Shown piece after piece: positions 12,096 through 25,219 of a stretch of DNA of 51,314 nt. Source of the stretch: Trypethelium eluteriae (taxonomy: Eukaryota); NCBI GenBank assembly GCA_051942245.1, contig JAVECL010000108.1:1-51314 (forward strand), given 5' to 3'. Both the position numbers and the translations under genes were made by a program. The notes below the pieces were generated by a model, which was not told where the DNA came from, did no database searches, and saw only the letters and a program-made list of their open reading frames with translations. Position 1 is the first letter of the stretch; each line of letters begins with the position of its first letter.

Positions 12096-14292
12096 CTAAA
12101 ATTTCTCCTCTCCCTTCCCTACGTTGATAGCTCTCACCCACTCCGCAATCTCGAAAGATACCCTTCTCAAAGCTGGTTGACCAATAGTCCCCTCCTCGTT
12201 ATTTTTGTCCCGCCTCACAATCAGGCATCTAATTTCGTCCCTTACCTCGAAAAGCTTGTCCCTTGCCAGCTCCTCCGGCCCACAATCCCGCACATAAACG
12301 GTGATATCCGGCCCGATCGTCCCTCTCCATAGCGTTGCCATCCACTGCCAATGATCCGCAGGCGAGTAGGCGTCGCAAATCGGCACCCGCGAAGCATAAG
12401 TATCCGACGCAAACAGTTGATACGAGGGAATGATGACGACGGGCGTGACATGCTGCTTCTCCTCCCTTTCCTCGTCTTCAGACGATGGCTCATCCGGATC
12501 GTGCAGTTGCACCGAGCCATCACTCAGGCGTGACCACTCTCCACGCACGAACTTCACCATGTCCTGGCTGGTCGTATGCCAGTCACTGATAATTTTGAGG
12601 TAGTCATTTAGACTGGGCTGTCTCGGTGGCTTGTTCGTCGGCGTCACTTCCCCCTCTTCGAGCTCCGGAGGCTTGGAGGGTGCCTCGACGCCATCAATGC
12701 CTTTGACATGAAGGTCCTTGGAGTCGCTGAGATCCGTGAATAGCCATTTTGCTAGGCTCTTAACGGCCTCAACAGTATCGCCTTCAATGGCAACGACAGC
12801 ACCGCGGGTGCGTGTCTTGGGACGATCGCGAGGAGTTGTTGTTTCAGATGTGGTGTCAGATGTGGTCCCGGATTTGATGCCAGATGTGATACCCGACGCA
12901 ATGCTCTTCAGGGGTGGCGCAATCTTACCTAGGAGACTGATTTTGGCAAGTGGATTCATGCCTTTGACGATGGAATCCAGGCTCTGTGGTTTGTCTGATC
13001 CCGCAGAGCGAGGGCTAGTGGTATTTTGAAGTGGGGGTAAGTTCAGACTCAAGTCTGGATAGCTGCCTGGGTGATGCCCAGGTCGTGGCGGAGGTCCCAT
13101 CGTCCCGTTGGGAGATGAGCCTCTAAGAAGAGTATCCACGCGTGGAAGGGATTCCCGACGTGAGCCGCTGCCATTGGGACTGGTCATTGGGAACGGATAT
13201 GGAGTTCCTGGTTGCGGACGTCGACCCATGGGATTGTAAGCACCCTGGTCGTAGCGTCGGCGTTTGGCGTCAGGAGAAGTCATTTGAATGTCTGTACCTT
13301 GTTGGCGTTCGCGAAGAGCTGCTGCTTGAATTGCTGCAGTAGGTACGGGACCTGGACGATGAATCCTACGCCCCTGGGGAGATTGCAAGCTCAGATTGTT
13401 GAGCATTGGGAGGAACTGGGTGGTTGGCGTTAATGCTGATCCGGATGCTGGGGGTGGCAGCACGGGATGAGATGAGTTTGGAGACGTATTTCTTCGCGTA
13501 GGTGGAGTCTGCAATATTGGTGTGATGATGCTACGACCGCCGCACTTAGAACAACGTGCCTTGTTCGGAGATGTCGATGGAGAGCTGATCTCGCTCCCTG
13601 TTCTGCCAGTCCGACGAGGCTGATATCGGTAGTCCGGATATTGTTGTTGGTGACGTATTTTCTCTTCCTGTGGAAAAGCATTAGCTAGGGACTATGGCCA
13701 GCGGTTTTTAGGGAAACAGACCTCCGCCAGGCGTTTCCACTCGTCTTTCACTTCTTCAGGCTGGGCTCGCCACTGTTCTCCGATGATCTTCGAGATTTCT
13801 GGGTTGGCAAGGCCTGGATGCTGTTGGATGACCTTTGCTTGGCTGTGCTGGCGGTAAAGGATGAAAGCTACAAAGAGTCAATAAGATGATGCAAATCTTT
13901 GTCCCCCCTCCGCAGACGGAGCATCGTAAAGCAGATTTTCAGCCACACAAGAATGCTTTGTCGCTGCATGCATGACAAGACTCACCATTTCTGGGTCTGG
14001 GAATCTTGGGATCGGGTTGGCACAGGCAGACGTGATAACCTGACTCCCCAGAGCTTCCCCGACTGTGAGCTGAACTTCGGGAATCTTCGTCGAATGTTGT
14101 AGCTGTTCTCTTTCGAGTTGATTGGAACGGTGGAGATGACTCTGGCGATGGTGTACCTTCTGTGGCCCTTGAGATCAACCCTGGGCTAGATGATGCTCTT
14201 GAACGAGACGATAAAATTACTGAGGAGGCCCTCGGCAGGTGGGAGCCGCTGAAGTAATTCTGCGAAGCCTCTTGATTGAGGTTATCTGACAT
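12096..14292 (-). CDS. HMG-box transcriptional regulator (Rox1/Rfg1-like MATA-HMG, ~674 aa, 3 exons)
   Basis: Introns 13985-13868 and 13721-13668 reconstitute KIPRPRN|AFILYRQH...NPEISKIIGEQWR...WKRLAE|EEKIRHQQQYPDYRYQPRR, followed by the long ORF 12096..13514. The start at 14292 is the first ATG after an in-frame stop; an additional upstream exon cannot be excluded. Confidence 0.9.
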
Positions 14293-15675
14293 GCTCTAGA
14301 GCAGAAGGACCCAGAATGACAGTTGGCCGTATATCAACCAGGTAAGCTTCAATATGAGGTGATGTAGCGGACAACGCTTGCAGATCTTCGTGGTGAAGAC
14401 ATACAAGATGGCATATCTTGATCAGCAGAACAGTGGAAACGAATCTACTATCTGCTCGGAACGTAGGTAAGCTCTTCCTATTGATATTACGACCATGTCG
14501 TAAGGAACGAATCAACGCTCTCTCCCGTGGGAAAGATATCTTTGTCTCTGACTTCTAACCATGGATACATGGCATGACAACCACATCTCTTTGTGAATTG
14601 ACGATCCAACCCGTCTGGTACTGTAATTGTCCTTAGACAGCTTCGGAAGTCTGAGTCGAGTGGAGACTCGCCTAGCTGGGCAGCTCTTTGTTCTGGCACC
14701 ACTAGGACCACCGTTTTCGGCGGAACCACCGATGAGTCGTCGCACTACGAGGCATTCCACGTCTAACAATGCAAGGAAGCGCTTGTGGTGAGAGACAAAG
14801 ATCGCAGGTGCATTCCACGCGGCCATCAATGTAAAAGAAAGGGTGCTCATAAATTCCAGAGTGTGGACAGAGGGAATTGAATACTTTATCTCCATAGAAA
14901 TGAAAGATCCATTCTTATTTGTATTGGAGATCACTTTCTCACCATTTATTTTTGCAGTAAAGAGCTTACAAACGCTCGCTTAGCCTGGTCTGATCCGCCT
15001 TTTGGCAAAAAATTCAATCAGACATTGATGCAGATTCCCAAATAGCTCTGAATCAAGTATCTGCCTGCCGACCGGAAAGATGCATGATGAGTCTCAACCT
15101 TGACTGCATGCTTTCCATGTTCTGGCCCAGCTCTACCAAGATACGGGTAGATTGACATGACGCTGTTTGTCTGTAAAATTTGGATCGCCGCAAGACAGGC
15201 CTTTGGAGTCGTCTTGCGGCTAGGCACAGCCTGACAAATGACTATCGTATGCAAACTCCAGCGAGGTGTGGGTATGGTTGACGACCAGAGAGACATGCAC
15301 GATTCGATGCAAACAAAGATTCCAATCGCAAGCCTAGATTGCAGGCTGGAGCCTCAAGCGTCCCGCGTCCAAGGGGTCATAGGTCGGATGTTGTTCAGCC
15401 ACACGGGGCTGAGTCTTTCACATGCCAGAACCTGAGCTTGAACTACGTCGTGCACGAGACCAACATTACCGCCATGACGCTCAACCCATCTCACTGCTTA
15501 CTAGACTCAAGAGTCATAGAAGCCTTCTCGAAGAGTCTCGTCACATACGATGTCCGATTCCCAACACGGGGTTGTGGTTGATGTTCAATTTCATTGTTCC
15601 CAAATACGCACTGCTATCTGAAGCTAGTATTTCGAATGGACGAGCCACATTCGTAGAAAGGGCTAGTGGGTGACC

Positions 15676-18012
15676 ATGATAGGTACGATAGTGTTAACAT
15701 GACTATATTGAGGAGATGCTCATGCGTACGTTGTCCAGATCACGTCCTTGGTCGTCCATCCGTTAAGTTCCGCAAGATCCAAGTCCTCGCAGTTGTTTCT
15801 ATTTGGTCCCTGTATCTTCTCAAGTACGTGGCTACAGAACTGAATCCTGTGTGACAAGACACTGATGATTGATAGGGGTGACCGTAATGGGCCTCCGATA
15901 CTTCGACGTCTCTCTGCACTCCTCACTCCTCGCCTTACCGCCTGGCAAACTGTTGTCATCACCCTACTCTGGCTCTACATTTCTCGCAACTTCGGCAAAC
16001 TTGTTGGTCTTGAATGTCCAGAGCCCCTTGCCAATCTTTATTCACGCTCGTATTTTCGAGCAACATGGATAACGACGGCGCTGGATGCTGGGTTTTGGAC
16101 AGCCATGCGCATTCGGTGGAAATGGGCAAGAGACTTTTGGTCCGTGATATTTTCCGTGTTCTACATGTTCTGCGCGGAACAAGCCGACGAGAAAGTACGG
16201 AAGGTCAGAGGCGCTCTGACCGTTGACCACCTACGGGTCTCTTGGGACAAAGGGAATACACCATATATCGCTTTTTTCACGAAGTTGCTGCGGCCACGAT
16301 TCATGCGCTATCCTCCACGTGAGATCAGAATACGCAGGCCTCGAGAATCATCATACAAGGACCCGGTGCATGCTTGGTTGTATTTCGATGGGCCGCTGTC
16401 AGCACTGAAAACCCACACGAAGATCATTTTGGACATTCCCGGCGGCGGGTTTGTTGCAATGGACCCGAGGGCGCATGATGACAAATTGATAGCATGGGCT
16501 GGGAAAACGGGCCTTCCAGTCTTGAGTGTGGACTACAAGAAAGCACCCGAATATCCGTACCCGCATGCGCTCAACGAATGCTACGACGTCTATCACATGC
16601 TTCATGCAAGTCGAGGTAGGTGTGTAGGGCTCTCTGGAGAAGTAATGCCAAAAATTATTGTTTCGGGTGATAGTGCTGGTGGCAACCTTGCTGTTGGCAT
16701 GATTTTGATGGCTCTGCAGGCGGGCACCACAAGTACGCGAAGATGGCAGGGAGAACAATCCCTCCCTCTACCTGAAGGCGTAGTGCTTGTCTATCCTGCC
16801 CTCGACTTCAACATTGGCAACTGGATGACTGAGGAACAAATGGCTCTCATACGTGATCGCCGCAGTCGCAAAGTCAACCAAAGTATCCTCCGCCGCAAAA
16901 GCGATGACTATCGCAAACTCACGCCAAGTACCCCACACCATTCTGACGATGAGGACGAGGTGGACGCTCACCCGAACGAGAACGGATCATTATCGCCCGT
17001 CCCGCCGAAGGAGGCTGTCCACACGTCTGCTGGGCATACTGTGGACGTCGTTAAGTCACCTCCATCAGCGCAAACCACTGACAAAGCTCAAGCCTCCTCA
17101 CAGACCGCAAAACCCCAGATGCTCAAGACACGTCTGGCCATGAGTTCAATGATATCTTATTTCAACGATAGAATTCTTACTCCAGAAATGATGCGTGCAA
17201 TGATCATCTTATACATTGGGCCTCATAATCGTCCGGACTTTGCAACGGATTTTCTTCTCAGCCCACTTCTTGCTCCTGAAGCACTCCTGGCGCGCTTTCC
17301 AAGGACATATCTGCTGACTGGAGAACGGGACCCACTGGTGGATGACACTGTCATATTCGCCGGAAGGATACGGCAGGCCAAGCTGGCGCAGTTCGAGGAG
17401 AGGAAAGAATTAGGTCTGGAGCGGGAGCGAGCTTCATTCAGAGAAGAAGACTATGTTGAAGTGTCCCTAATTCCCGGTATTAGCCATGGCTTCCTCCAAT
17501 TCGTGGGCATATTTCCTGAAGGCTGGCGATATATATTTCGGTGTGCGCGATGGATGAAGGAATGCTTCGAACGATCGGACGCCCGTGAAGCCTCACGGCC
17601 CGCCGCTGTGGACACCACAGATGTGGAGCACAGTTCGGATCATAGTAGGAGACGCGTGCCTCCCCAAAGCAAAATTCGCCATCACTTCCGTACCCGCACG
17701 GAATCTTCTGGCGACGATGATCGTCCGCTTGAGATGAGCATGTCAAAGATCAACCTCTCGAGTACAAAAGAAACCCCTCATAATGGGGCAGTGCTTCCTC
17801 GTCCATCAAGTCCGCAGTTGAAAAGATACAAGACGCAGTCAGAGGAGATGACGCACAGCCTCCAAGAAAGACGAAGAAAGAGCCTGGTTAGTCTGGCGAG
17901 TGAAGATGATTTGCTGGGTCGGAGAATGAGAGGCTTAACCGGAGCATTACTGGGTGGCGACGCAGCCAATGTACCGAAAACACCTGGGTGGGAGGAAGAA
18001 TTGGGTAGCTAG
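15676..18012 (+). CDS. Hormone-sensitive-lipase-like alpha/beta hydrolase (~742 aa, 3 exons)
   Basis: Exons 15676-15682, 15739-15823, 15876-18012 give MIDHVLGRPSVKFRKIQV...; PGGGF oxyanion motif, DYKKAPEYPYP, GDSAGG nucleophile, GERDPLVDD and SHGF. Confidence 0.92.
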
Positions 18013-19796
18013 GCCAACTAGTATTTGAGAAAGATCAAAGAACCCGGCGATTGTTTATTCACAAGCTTAGTGTGCCGAGTTCTGAAGGAGCAAATGCGAA
18101 CACCACATTCACTGGGCAGCCCGCGACCAGCCAGGGCCGCGTACAAAGAGAACTTTGACGATGCTGGTAGCGGGGATTTGTTGCTTGATAGCATTGGTCA
18201 GCCGCTCGTTTGGCTGTTGACTGCATAGCATGTTAGAATGTGCAAATTCATTGTCGTAGATTGCCACAGTAGCCCAACTCACGAAATCGACTATTATGGT
18301 GGTATCCAGTGAGTCAACGTCTCTAGCGACACTGCAGAGCAGTGACGATAGCCAAGACTGACGCCAGAAGCCGATAGATGCGCTTGTTGAGTTACAATTG
18401 TTTGTTAGCTAATAAGAGTAACAAGTTGTTTATCGCGACTTGTGTTTGAGTTAAAGGCGATAGGTCTAGGCAAGCCGTGAGTCTGTCTTGACCAATTAAG
18501 TACATCTGAAGGATTTGGTCTGCGTGGGAAATAACGGCCATGCCAGCTTTCCAAAGGTTACCCATACGAATACGAAAGCCGATGACGGAACTCAGAGAAA
18601 AGTTGGATAGAGCTTAGACCCATCAGCCTTGATATGGCGTGGCTCTCATACCCCGACAGCATGCACCAGGTGGCTGGCGTGAGGCTTCCTTCTTGAATCG
18701 TCCATTACTCTACCTAATGGGGATCTATTAACTTTAATAGCTATACACACAATTCAAGGCAGAATCTATGAGCCTCGCTGCCTCGCCATAATAGCTCCAG
18801 AGTCAATAACACGGAGGCCCGCACTGTCATGCCTGTTAGGGTTAGTGAAAGGCACCTTACCTAGTAAAGTAGTTCGGCTCGTAGCTACGCTTACCTATAT
18901 GAGATAGGGGTAACGTGTTGTTGAAATGACTGGCTGAATTTTACCTCCCTCTACCTTTCTTCGAATTTGTCTCGCACGGTTCACACTCCAGATTGTGCCC
19001 TGCAGCCAAGCCGGAGGTTCGGATGCTACTGCTTAGTCTTTGCCTCGATTTCCTGCTGAAATTCGAGCTTGCAGTCGCGGGCTGCTTTTATTGTACTTAA
19101 CTTGAGCCTCCTCTTTCCAGTGCAAACCTGACTGCCATTTACCTTCGGCTCCGTCCGCCGACCGCACAGTTGACTTGAACTGTCCTTGGATCACTGAATG
19201 TTATAAGAGACAGAACTCCGTTATCCCAGATTAGGTAGTCTTGTAGCGACGATACGGACTACACCAACAGCTCTCGTATCTTTTCGTGAACGAATTCGTT
19301 GACAAACGTGGAGACTGGGCTCTTTCACGACGCCGCCACAATCGCACGATGACAAATGCATTTCAGTGTTTGCTAACTTCGATACGTCGCTTTGCCAAGC
19401 CCTTGAGGATGACTCTCTGTAGTCATACACGCCATGGATTAGGTCCCATGGGAGATCAGAAGTCCTCCGCTGTTACGCAGCTGCGCGAGCCCGTACATAG
19501 TACAACATCCCTGTGTTAGATCTACAGATCTATTATCTCCTCGTTCACTCCTTCTGGGCCTAGAATGGACTTGCAATTGTGGTTCTAGCGACATGCTCTT
19601 TGTTGCTCTAACATGTTGCCAACCGGTAGTCTTGCCATTTCTCTGCCATTCTCTTCGAACTCGGGGTTTAAAGGTAGTCTTCAGACATTGCAATCTCTAT
19701 TATTTCTCGTCCTGAATATCTCCTTCCAAAAATTCCTTTCTTCATAGTATAATATTTTAATTTTACGATTAGATCTCGTCTTTCTGTTAGTAGACC

Positions 19797-21456
19797 ATGC
19801 ACTTCCTCGATGTTTGGGCTCTGGCAGCCCTTACTTCTTCCGTAACAGCTGGAATCATAATGTCTACAGATGTGTATGGTTGCGCAACATATCAAGCAGG
19901 AATCGACACTGACATAAGATCGCTCAGCCCCGACCCCGACAATCCTATGATGGACCTATTGGCCGTGGTGCTTAACCAAGCTAGCGACAGCAACAAAGAT
20001 CCGGTTGATATTATGATCTCAGGACGTCCAGTTGCGTATGGCTATGCGCCCCAATTCGATTACTATTCGCATGCTCCGTTCTATGCCACAGGACATCCAC
20101 CAAACGATCAGTTCTTCAAGAACAAAGCTGCGGTGGAGGAGATACTGCCTGGGAAGGAGAACACCAAACTGCAAATTCGAAGGATCCTCAGCCCCATCAC
20201 CAAGGCTGACACTTGGAGATTTCGGATCAAGGGTCCAGTGAGTCTTTTATCCTTACCCCTCATCCTGATCAAAATCTCACATACAACTTCCTCAGGCTCG
20301 TGACTGGTTCCCAGTGGATGAATTTGATGACAATGTTCGCCGGGACTCCGAACAATACCTACAGTTTGCAACTCTCCGCATCATCGAGTTCATGGACTAC
20401 CACGGAATCCCGCGCCAAGGGCACTATCGAATCTTCACTGACCCTAGTTCACTAACTGAACTACAACCTGGACCTCGTCACATAGCATCCAAATGGGATT
20501 TCACATGGTCTATGAACATGCAAGAGATCAAGCAAGTCGTACAGATACTTGATAAATACAAGAATGGCCCTGTCGTTGACTGGAAGGGACGCGGCAACGA
20601 TGTGTATAACTTGATGGATCGCCATATCAAGCGTCTTCGCAACGACCTAAGCTCTGCTAAGCCGCTTCCAAAGATCTACGGATTCGACGATCTCGTAAAC
20701 TTTCACAAATCCGAACCCCCAAAATGGCTTGTGGGTGGAGGTCTCACCGAATTTGCCAAGTATCAGGCCAGCCATGCTACCAAAGGTGCTGACGTTATGG
20801 GTGGGTATATGAATGGAGACAGCAACATCTTCGAACAACAGACGAACTTCAAGTTCGACCCGCAATCGGCGTGGAAAGCTCTCGAACACGCAACGAAGGA
20901 TGCACCTGTCACTCTGTTCATTACGGAGTTCTGCAAGCAGAGTACCTGGGTGCTGAAAAGTCAAGACATCCATGATAATCTCAAACAGGATGGGGCACTT
21001 ATTGACTGGTTCAATAAATATTACATGTACGATCTTCTCTCGAACTCCGCGGCGTGGCAGGATAACGGTGATCAAGGGAAAAAAGTCAGCATACCTACAT
21101 TCGATCTTGTTACCGGGCTGTATCATTTCCGACCTGATCTCTTTCCCAAACCTGTATCAGTGCGGCCGTACCAACAAAGGAGCAATGATACAGGAGAACT
21201 GCTTATCAAACTCGAGGCTGGTGGAACCGGCGCTGTGCTGGCGATGTGGCAGGATGATAAGATGGCCCAACCTCCGGAGGTTCGCGATGCTTTTATGAAA
21301 GTCCTAGCTCACGTCTTCCAACCGGCAAACTCGACGCACAGACCTCCGATGCCGGCGGTCATCAAGGCAAAATCTGCGTCGGGTCATCAGAAGAGGCATC
21401 TTACTGAACGGCCGACTAAATTCGCTCGTCGCCATTGGAAGGAGTTGCCGAATTGA
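19797..21456 (+). CDS. Secreted protein with divergent inosine/uridine-preferring nucleoside hydrolase-like fold (~533 aa, 2 exons)
   Basis: Signal peptide MHFLDVWALAALTSSVTA. Intron 20238-20295 (GTGAGT...CTCAG) joins two ORFs in frame. GGGLTEFA, MGGY..GDSNIF...NFKFDPQSA and TFDLVT...RPDLF align by eye with NH motifs GPLTN, MGG..GN..EFN..DPEAA and HD..A...P.LF. Confidence 0.65.
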
Positions 21457-22696
21457 TGTAAAGACTAGGAATCAGCTAAGCTGCTGGATGGATCAGATCT
21501 GATGAATGAGTAGGCTCTGTGCATGTGGCGAGGAAGAGCTATTGATCTCAAAGTGGCTAAAAGACACATAAGTACCAAAGCTCTGCAACAATGAGGAAAC
21601 TTATGCTTGACTTCAATTTGTACAGAGTCTACTATGTAAATGGATGAATGTGGGAGTTATACTACCACTCTGAGTATTTTAAGCTGCATGTAGCATTGCA
21701 TCGAGGCCTTGCTGAAACTTGCTAAGACTGGGATTAGAATCTGCTCTTGCTTATTTCTGGACAGATTAGGACAATAATGCCTTGACACTTGTCTCACACC
21801 AAGTAGTAATGATACGATGGATCGGTCAGCGCGAAAGCGGCGCGGGGACACGTGACCTTGCCAAAGTGAGCACCCTCACCCGTACCTCCGAGGATAAGCA
21901 CCCGCAACATTCTACCAATCACTTCGCGTCCCAGCCATCTCAAGGATTGAAACTCGCCTGTATCCTTCGGCATTCCCCAAAAGACGATGCTGCACCCTCC
22001 TCCGATCCTTCACTTGTAACACAGGGCGATGCACCCAAGCTACCGACAACCATTTCGTACTCTTAATACAACTCCCACTACACAAACTTGCTACGTTGCC
22101 GCCCCTCTTTTTCGACGATGTAAATTGCTGAACAGAGCTTCAGAGGGTTAAATGCGTACATCGAACTACGCTCATGAACTGGGCTCAAAAAATCACTAGG
22201 AGATTGAATGCAAAGACCTGGGTAGTGGAGGTGCGTGTCCGAGGATGTCGAATTGATACCACGGCATGATGTCGCTCTGAATTTTTGCCTCAAACGCGCC
22301 AGTCGACCCTTTACAGTCAGCAGCAGCTATGGTGATGATATTTTCAGCACGAAAGGCAGAGCATGCATCATAGACTAGTAAGTAATGGCAGTTATGACAT
22401 TATACTCGTATAGATGGGAGGGGCCCTCAAAGACTGGTGGAGTACTCAGGGCGACGCTGTGCGCAGTGATTGTGGACAAAAGGGGTGCTGTGCCCGATGC
22501 ACTCGTAGAATAAAGTAACAATCCAAGTTGCTTTCAAAGATACTCATTTGGCATCCACAGAAGTCCGATCGCTTCCCGTTCGTGGTTTCGTTCCAGTACC
22601 GACAGGACCTCTAAAAGCGGGTTCTATTCTCCGGAAAAATAGTACACTGCCTGAGAAATGTCTCGATCTAGCCCCCGAGTATTGCTCCTAGTAATG

Positions 22697-24125
22697 CTAC
22701 GTACTCTCCCAAGAAATCGTCAATGCCGTATCATCACTCGTGGTATAAACCGTCGCCTGAGCGCTTCCAGTAGGCGCGCTGTCAGCATAGAAGCTTGTAC
22801 TGCCACTTACGGCGAGCATGCCCCCGCTGCTTGTGAAGACCGTAGCAGTGACACCAGATCCACACGTCAAAGCATTGTTCGAGATACCACAACTGCCCTT
22901 GGAGGATTTCAGGGTGAATCCGTGACCTAGATAGAGATCAGAGTTAGCAGCTATTCGCACCTTGACAGCTTGACGGGACAATGGATCATACCACTTGCAA
23001 CTGCCGTAAAGGTCGCACATGTGCCAGTTGTATACCACTTTCCGGCACTGATAATGCAACCGTTCTGATCACCTCCACTTTGGACATTTAGATAGCCCTG
23101 GCCACTAAATGACGTAGCAGTCGGCGCACTACCATTGGATGTAGAGCTAGTCCTGGTGCTGGAAGATGTGCCAGTCGCTGTGCCTGTACTTATTGTCGTC
23201 GAGGCACCCGATTTGGGCAAGTACTTGACACCGGTTGACGGGCAGCTCGACGTGTCACCACCATCAGGATCGCTTGCCTGGAAGGTGCCATTTTGGACTG
23301 AGCCCTTGACGTTGAAGTAGTAATAGACTTGGTTGAGGGCGCCGTTGCTGCATCCGAGGTATACGTCGTGTCCGCCATGGTTCGAGCTAAGAGCAGACTG
23401 GATGGCGGCCGTGGTATAGGTCTTGGAGGAAGAAGGAGTGATGCCCGCTGCCGAAAGCCACTTGTGGATCATTTCAGCGGATGCGCTATATTATAGGTTG
23501 TAAATCGAAGGGAGTGGTTTTTACCTCGTAAGTGGGCAGCTCTTGAAAAAGATCCACAACCTTTTGGAAAAAATCCGGAATCTCTTGCTTAGACACGTAG
23601 TTTGTATAGCAAGACGTATCGAGAGTGCTAATGCAAGTCCCATGCGTGGACCATTCGTGCTCCCACAATTCCTCGTCAGTTCCGTCTTGGTTCTTCCAGT
23701 ACGTATTCATATACGTAACGAGTGCCTGCTTGCCAAAGGAGGTCAGGATTTGCGAAATACCGGTGTAGTCGCGGCTCGAATCGCAATTCTCACTGTATCC
23801 ACCATCACAGTGATCCGGCCTGGGGATTATCAAAATGGTAAGTTAGAGCAGAGGATTTTTGACTGAAAACGCACCACAAGCCATGAATAGTCCAGGAATT
23901 GGCTGGACCAGTGACAGGGTCAGTATCCCAAAACTGCGTCTGTAACAACGAACCGCCCGGCGCATTAAAGCAACAAAGATTCGATTGCACTGTAGTGTTA
24001 TGACAGCTTAATTGAGTGTTTGTACATGTCTCCGGTTCTCCTCTTCTGAAGAGACTGAGGTAGCCAGAGGCTTCGCCAAGGGCCGGCTGTGCAGCCGCAA
24101 GAAAGGAAAGAACGGTCACAATCAT
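22697..24125 (-). CDS. Secreted ribonuclease T2 with Ser/Thr linker and C-terminal extension domain (~414 aa, 4 exons)
   Basis: Introns 23874-23820, 23524-23461, 22991-22927. CAS I WTIHGLW|PD and CAS II LWEHEWSTHGTC motifs, signal peptide, CCFNAPGG and TQFWD. Confidence 0.95.
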
Positions 24126-24738
24126 GATGATGGCCGCAACACTTGGGATTAGATGCGAAGAGATTCCAGTGCATTTGCACCTACATAAAGGCAGCTGGTA
24201 ATTTCAGGCGCCTTCCGAATACGCATAGTCATCCGAAGCACGTCCACTTCGCCGTGACACGCATGCAGCATTGTTACCTTACCTTCCTTTACGGTGCGCA
24301 CGCTCCGTAGGTTTCCAACTCTCAGGCTTGAACGAAGCAGCGAGGTGTGCAAGGTTGGGAACATCAAGCGGCAGCAAAGGGGCTAAGTCATTTTACAATG
24401 TGCCAATGAGTGTGGAGCCAAGGCCCAGGTGAGGAAACAGGCGCTGGGATTGCTGGGATCGCGCAGGTCAAACGACGTCGATCCACAAAGCGTGACTCAA
24501 GGAATGCTGTAACATGGAGGGACTGAGCAGAACGTGCCCGACCGCCTGGAGCAACGGCGTGGGTGGCGTGGGAGAGCACTGAAAGGTGGCGAGATAAGCG
24601 AGAGCGACTGTGGAAGATCACCTATTCCCAACTCGGCTAGAGTATGCTTCTGACCCTTGCCTCCAATTCTTATCTCATCTAGTCCCTTTCTCCTCTCGTA
24701 CTCGAGAATACATTGCATTTATTATACGTACGGAAGCT

Positions 24739-25059
24739 TCAATGATCAGAGTCATCTTCGAGATTATTGACTTCGATCGCACGAGTTGACTCGGCTCCCT
24801 CCTCATCAATCTGCAACAACAGGATCTCGGTGGGCAGTTTGGTCATAGATTCGGCTTGCACAGGCAGATGCCTCCCCCGGAGAACAATTCCTGCTTGGAT
24901 TCTGCGAGAAATCCAATCGACGACATCGTCAGGACCTTCGGGATTTCTGTTCAAATCCGCTGCTGGTTCCGAGTTTCCTTCTGCTACTACTTGAGACAGG
25001 GTAGGGAGATGCGAACCAGCTTTCCCTTCTACTCTGAGCCGTCGTTCTAATCGACGCAT
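24739..25059 (-). CDS. Possible small hypothetical protein (106 aa)
   Basis: ATG-initiated ORF divergent from the HET gene, with an acidic C-terminus and a weak F-box-like LPTEILLLQI segment. No other support. Confidence 0.25.
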   Translation of the reverse strand: MRRLERRLRVEGKAGSHLPTLSQVVAEGNSEPAADLNRNPEGPDDVVDWISRRIQAGIVLRGRHLPVQAESMTKLPTEILLLQIDEEGAESTRAIEVNNLEDDSDH

Positions 25060-25219
25060 CTTGAGGGCCTTGGGTACTTCCTAATTCTTAACGTCTCCTA
25101 AGGAAGCTAAGAAGAGTTAACGTGTAGTATGCAGCGTGAAAAAGGCAGAATCAGAGTCCAGTAAGAAAGGTCTGCAAGAGAACCTTTGCGATAACTTCTC
25201 GTTCCGATTGATAATAGTC

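Noticed and set aside
18013..19796. Long intergenic gap examined for tRNA, ncRNA or transposon remnants
   Set aside because: No cloverleaf, LTR/TIR or transposase-like translation visible by eye; an Infernal or RepeatMasker search would be needed to exclude them.
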